DNA of 64,000 nt from Antedon mediterranea (lineage: Eukaryota; Animalia; Echinodermata): the NCBI RefSeq assembly GCF_964355755.1, contig NC_092674.1, positions 8,556,001 to 8,620,000 of the forward strand. Direction: 5' to 3'. Positions 60,916 to 64,000 of this stretch are shown in pieces. The position numbers and the translations under genes are program-made. The notes under the pieces are model-generated. The model did not search any database. It saw only the letters and a program-made list of their open reading frames with translations, and was not told where the DNA came from. Each line of letters opens with the position of its first letter. The stretch's first letter is position 1.

Positions 60916-63440
60916 GATTTTAGTAGTATTGTACAAGTTGAGTAGCATTTTCCCAGAATGCTCTACTTGGCAATAAGATTGTTATTGTAAGCAAAGGACT
61001 TCAGTTTATGTTGTAAAGATTTTTCTATACTATCTATCTGTCTAACTCTCTCTAGTCTAGTGTAAAAATACAGTAAGGAATGTATGTTGTTTGTTACAAA
61101 TTTGCCTTTTTATTTCTACAAGCCACCCACCCAAAGGCTCTTATTCTTACCTACAGTAAATATCTCATGTTTGTTTGCAATAAAAGATGCTGTAACATGA
61201 GATTCTTCAATGTTCATCATTATTACTACTATAATACAAATGTTACACAAATTATTCAACCTTACTCGTTAAAAAAGACAACAAAGATTTGAACCAGTTC
61301 TTTTTGGTTGGCTGATCTGATTGCCAGCTGAACTATCACATTTATTCTCCCCATAGACCACGATTCCTTCTGATGCGTTCTATATCAATGTGATCCACTG
61401 AACACGAGCTGCGCTGGAGTGTGCAGTTGTTCATTGGTAATAGGTCATTGAGGGAAAATGAAATAGAAAGTTAGTTAGAACTGATTGTTCATGACTGAAT
61501 CATTTCATTGGCTACAGATCATCGGTTCCAATCTAAAATTGGAGGAAAAGTGTTTCATTTTTGATCGAAAATAATTATTGTATTTTTTAATTCTTCTCTC
61601 ACGTGACGCTTTTGCTAAATCTGCTCGAGAACTACCATAAAATCAAATCTTTCAATTGCGCTGAAAATTGGATAGAACCATGAACTGTAATGTTTTCGGG
61701 GCAGAAGATCCATGTAAATTACCCATGTTGTGTAATCCAATTTAGCTTGTTATGGTAGATTATTCATTTAAGTGGCCATAATTTCATTTGGAAATATTCT
61801 AAAGTGATGCTTCATATGTTTCAGTTTCATTTATCCAGTTTCTTGCTATTTTATTATATTAAATATTACAACCAAATATAGTTTAATACATAGGGTCTGT
61901 TTCTGCCGTATAGTAGCAAATAAACCGATTTTTATATCGGCTGTATTTTTGCAAAAAGTTGTGCTCCCAATAATCATTTAGATCAGTGGATGGTCGTTGA
62001 TGATAAATGTTAAAAGTACCCAAAATACAATGTGCTCAGGTGGTCAAGATGCGACAGTAGTTGACTGAAGGTCAACAGCGGTCAATCAAATTACCATTAT
62101 TTTGTGTTACATACAGCTAAAAGTTGCACAGCAATAACCAGTTAACTGGTCACCCAATCAATTGGGTGTTTTTAACTGTTATTTTCTGGCTTCCATTTAT
62201 CCAGATTATTGAACATTTTGGGATAAATCCTGTTTCTGCTACCATGAAATTGGGTTAAATTATTCACATGGTGGATAATCGTTTTTTACAGGACCCTCAG
62301 TGGGAAAAGAAATAAATTTTAGAATTTAAGCAGTAAACTTTTCAGTGAGGTATGTTTGCTGTTATTTATGGCTTCCCTTGTGTACCTTTTCCAGTAAAAT
62401 AACTGTGAAACTAAACTAAAACCTGCTTCAGGAAGCATTTTAATATACTAAATTACTACAAATAAAACATATATTAGAACATTAATGTTGCCATTAAACT
62501 TTAAAATGGTTCTAATGACCCTTGAAAGAGAGGTTTGAATTTTACATTCAATAACATACTTTACTTAGAATATATATCCTTGCAAATTAATGGTAGTTTA
62601 ATTATAAATGTACAATCTAGGCCATTAAGTAGTGGAGCTGTAGCTTGGTGGTTAACATGTTTGCCTTCCAATCCCAAGGTCCAGGGTTCAACTCAGCCAA
62701 TGACCCTTTCTACGCCACTTCCTAAGCCTCAAATAAGAATTAATAAGCATTGTAGTATATATATGGTGTAATTGCCTAGTTTATCACTGTTGAATGTTTA
62801 TGAAATGTAAAATGAAATAAATATTTGAATAAAACTATTATTTTAGTATGAAAGTACTTCAAATGAACTTATGTAATATATTCACACAAAAAAAGGACAA
62901 AAATATATTTAAATGTTATTCATTTATTTTGATTAAAGATTATAATAAAATAATAATCTAAACAGTTTTGCATAAAGTACCTGTATAAATAAATAATTAA
63001 AAACAAAATAAAATTATCAAAATACCCTTTTCTATAGACAATGTAAGTCGGTGTATTGGCTTAATTTAAATATTCATGAATTATTCATGAGTTCTTTGAG
63101 ATAACAATGGAAACATTATCATAATTAGGTCAATGTTTTGTATTGATCATATGATCATAATAATTTGTTTTCGAATTATATAAAGCTGGAAATGTGAAAA
63201 TGAAATTATCACATTGTCCAGCGCTTTGGCACATTCTCAATCATCTCAAATAAGTTTACAAAATCCTGAAATCCAACTCTCAAATGTTTTTTCTAAAGAC
63301 ATAGGAATACAATACAAACTACATGTTTAGGACACCCTTCATTGAACACTTCCCCATGGAATGAATGAGGTCTTAACACTATGCCAACACTGTTAAAGTT
63401 ACACTTTGTTTGGTTCCCGAACATGTCCCTCTTATGGGCT

Positions 63441-63574
63441 CTACGGTACTTCATTAAGTTCTTTCTGTCTAACAATCTTTTTGAGATATTGTTTGCAATA
63501 ACTCGCACCACATTTTTTCTTTATAAAGTCTATTACCAGTACTGCAGCAGCAATGTTTTTCCTTTCTGCAAAAT
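63441..63574 (-). CDS. Possible terminal coding exon of a gene lying beyond the right edge
   Basis: Acceptor ctcag at 63575, then an open frame (D)FAERKNIAAAVLVIDFIKKKCGASYCKQYLKKIVRQKELNEVP*, followed by UTR-like sequence and AATAAA near 62925. No recognisable homology. Confidence 0.3.
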
Positions 63575-63694
63575 CTGAGATACTATTTAGGAATAATCTC
63601 TTTTACAGCAGTAGAACCTCAATTAAAGGGACACTTTCGGGACCCCTGAATAGGGGACGGGGTCCTAAAGGAGAGGTTGTATAGTATCCAGTAT

Positions 63695-63930
63695 ATTAAT
63701 AATATCCTGGATTTATATAGCGCCTAATGTAATGAAACCTCTAAGCGCTGAACATTATTACCCCAGTTATTTTTTTGGATCAAACACATATGGAAACATA
63801 GTTGTGTCTTGATCTAAACGGGTACCCATTTATACACCTGGGTGGAGAGAGGCAAACGTAAGTAAAGTATCTTGCCTACAGATACAACCAATGCGGCGAG
63901 AGTTGGATTCGAACCGCGGTCTCACGATTA
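63695..63930 (-). mobile_element. Second copy of the CORE/Meta-like SINE
   Basis: Aligns by eye with 30035-30295; B-box GGTTCGAATCC retained. Confidence 0.75.
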
Positions 63931-64000
63931 CATGGTTTTTGCAATACTGTTTGATGAAATAAATTCTAATTGCATAAAAGTTGGGTAATTTGTAATCCAA

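Overview
AT-rich, intron-containing animal genomic DNA, probably a marine invertebrate (echinoderm-like is an inference). Four genes can be spliced together by hand with consistent GT-AG phases. (1) The 5' half of a natriuretic-peptide-receptor-type protein on the minus strand, running off the left edge. (2) A complete 13-coding-exon RCBTB1/2 orthologue (minus). (3) A complete 5-exon FUNDC1/2 orthologue (plus), head-to-head with RCBTB. (4) A Rap2-like GTPase with an uninterrupted CDS (plus). A possible last exon of a fifth gene lies near 63.5 kb. The rest is MITEs, Kolobok-, hAT- and piggyBac-like non-autonomous elements, Helentron-like elements, SINEs, LINE fragments and minisatellites. The most notable non-genic signals are: Penelope-like retroelement remnants with minimal hammerhead ribozymes, one of which duplicated a 5' splice site of RCBTB; a foldable tRNA-like gene with an ATC anticodon; an internally deleted LINE with an open ORF1; and a hAT-like element with a 6-bp target duplication. 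I found no clearly new multi-gene system. All coordinates were read by eye, and no database searches were run.
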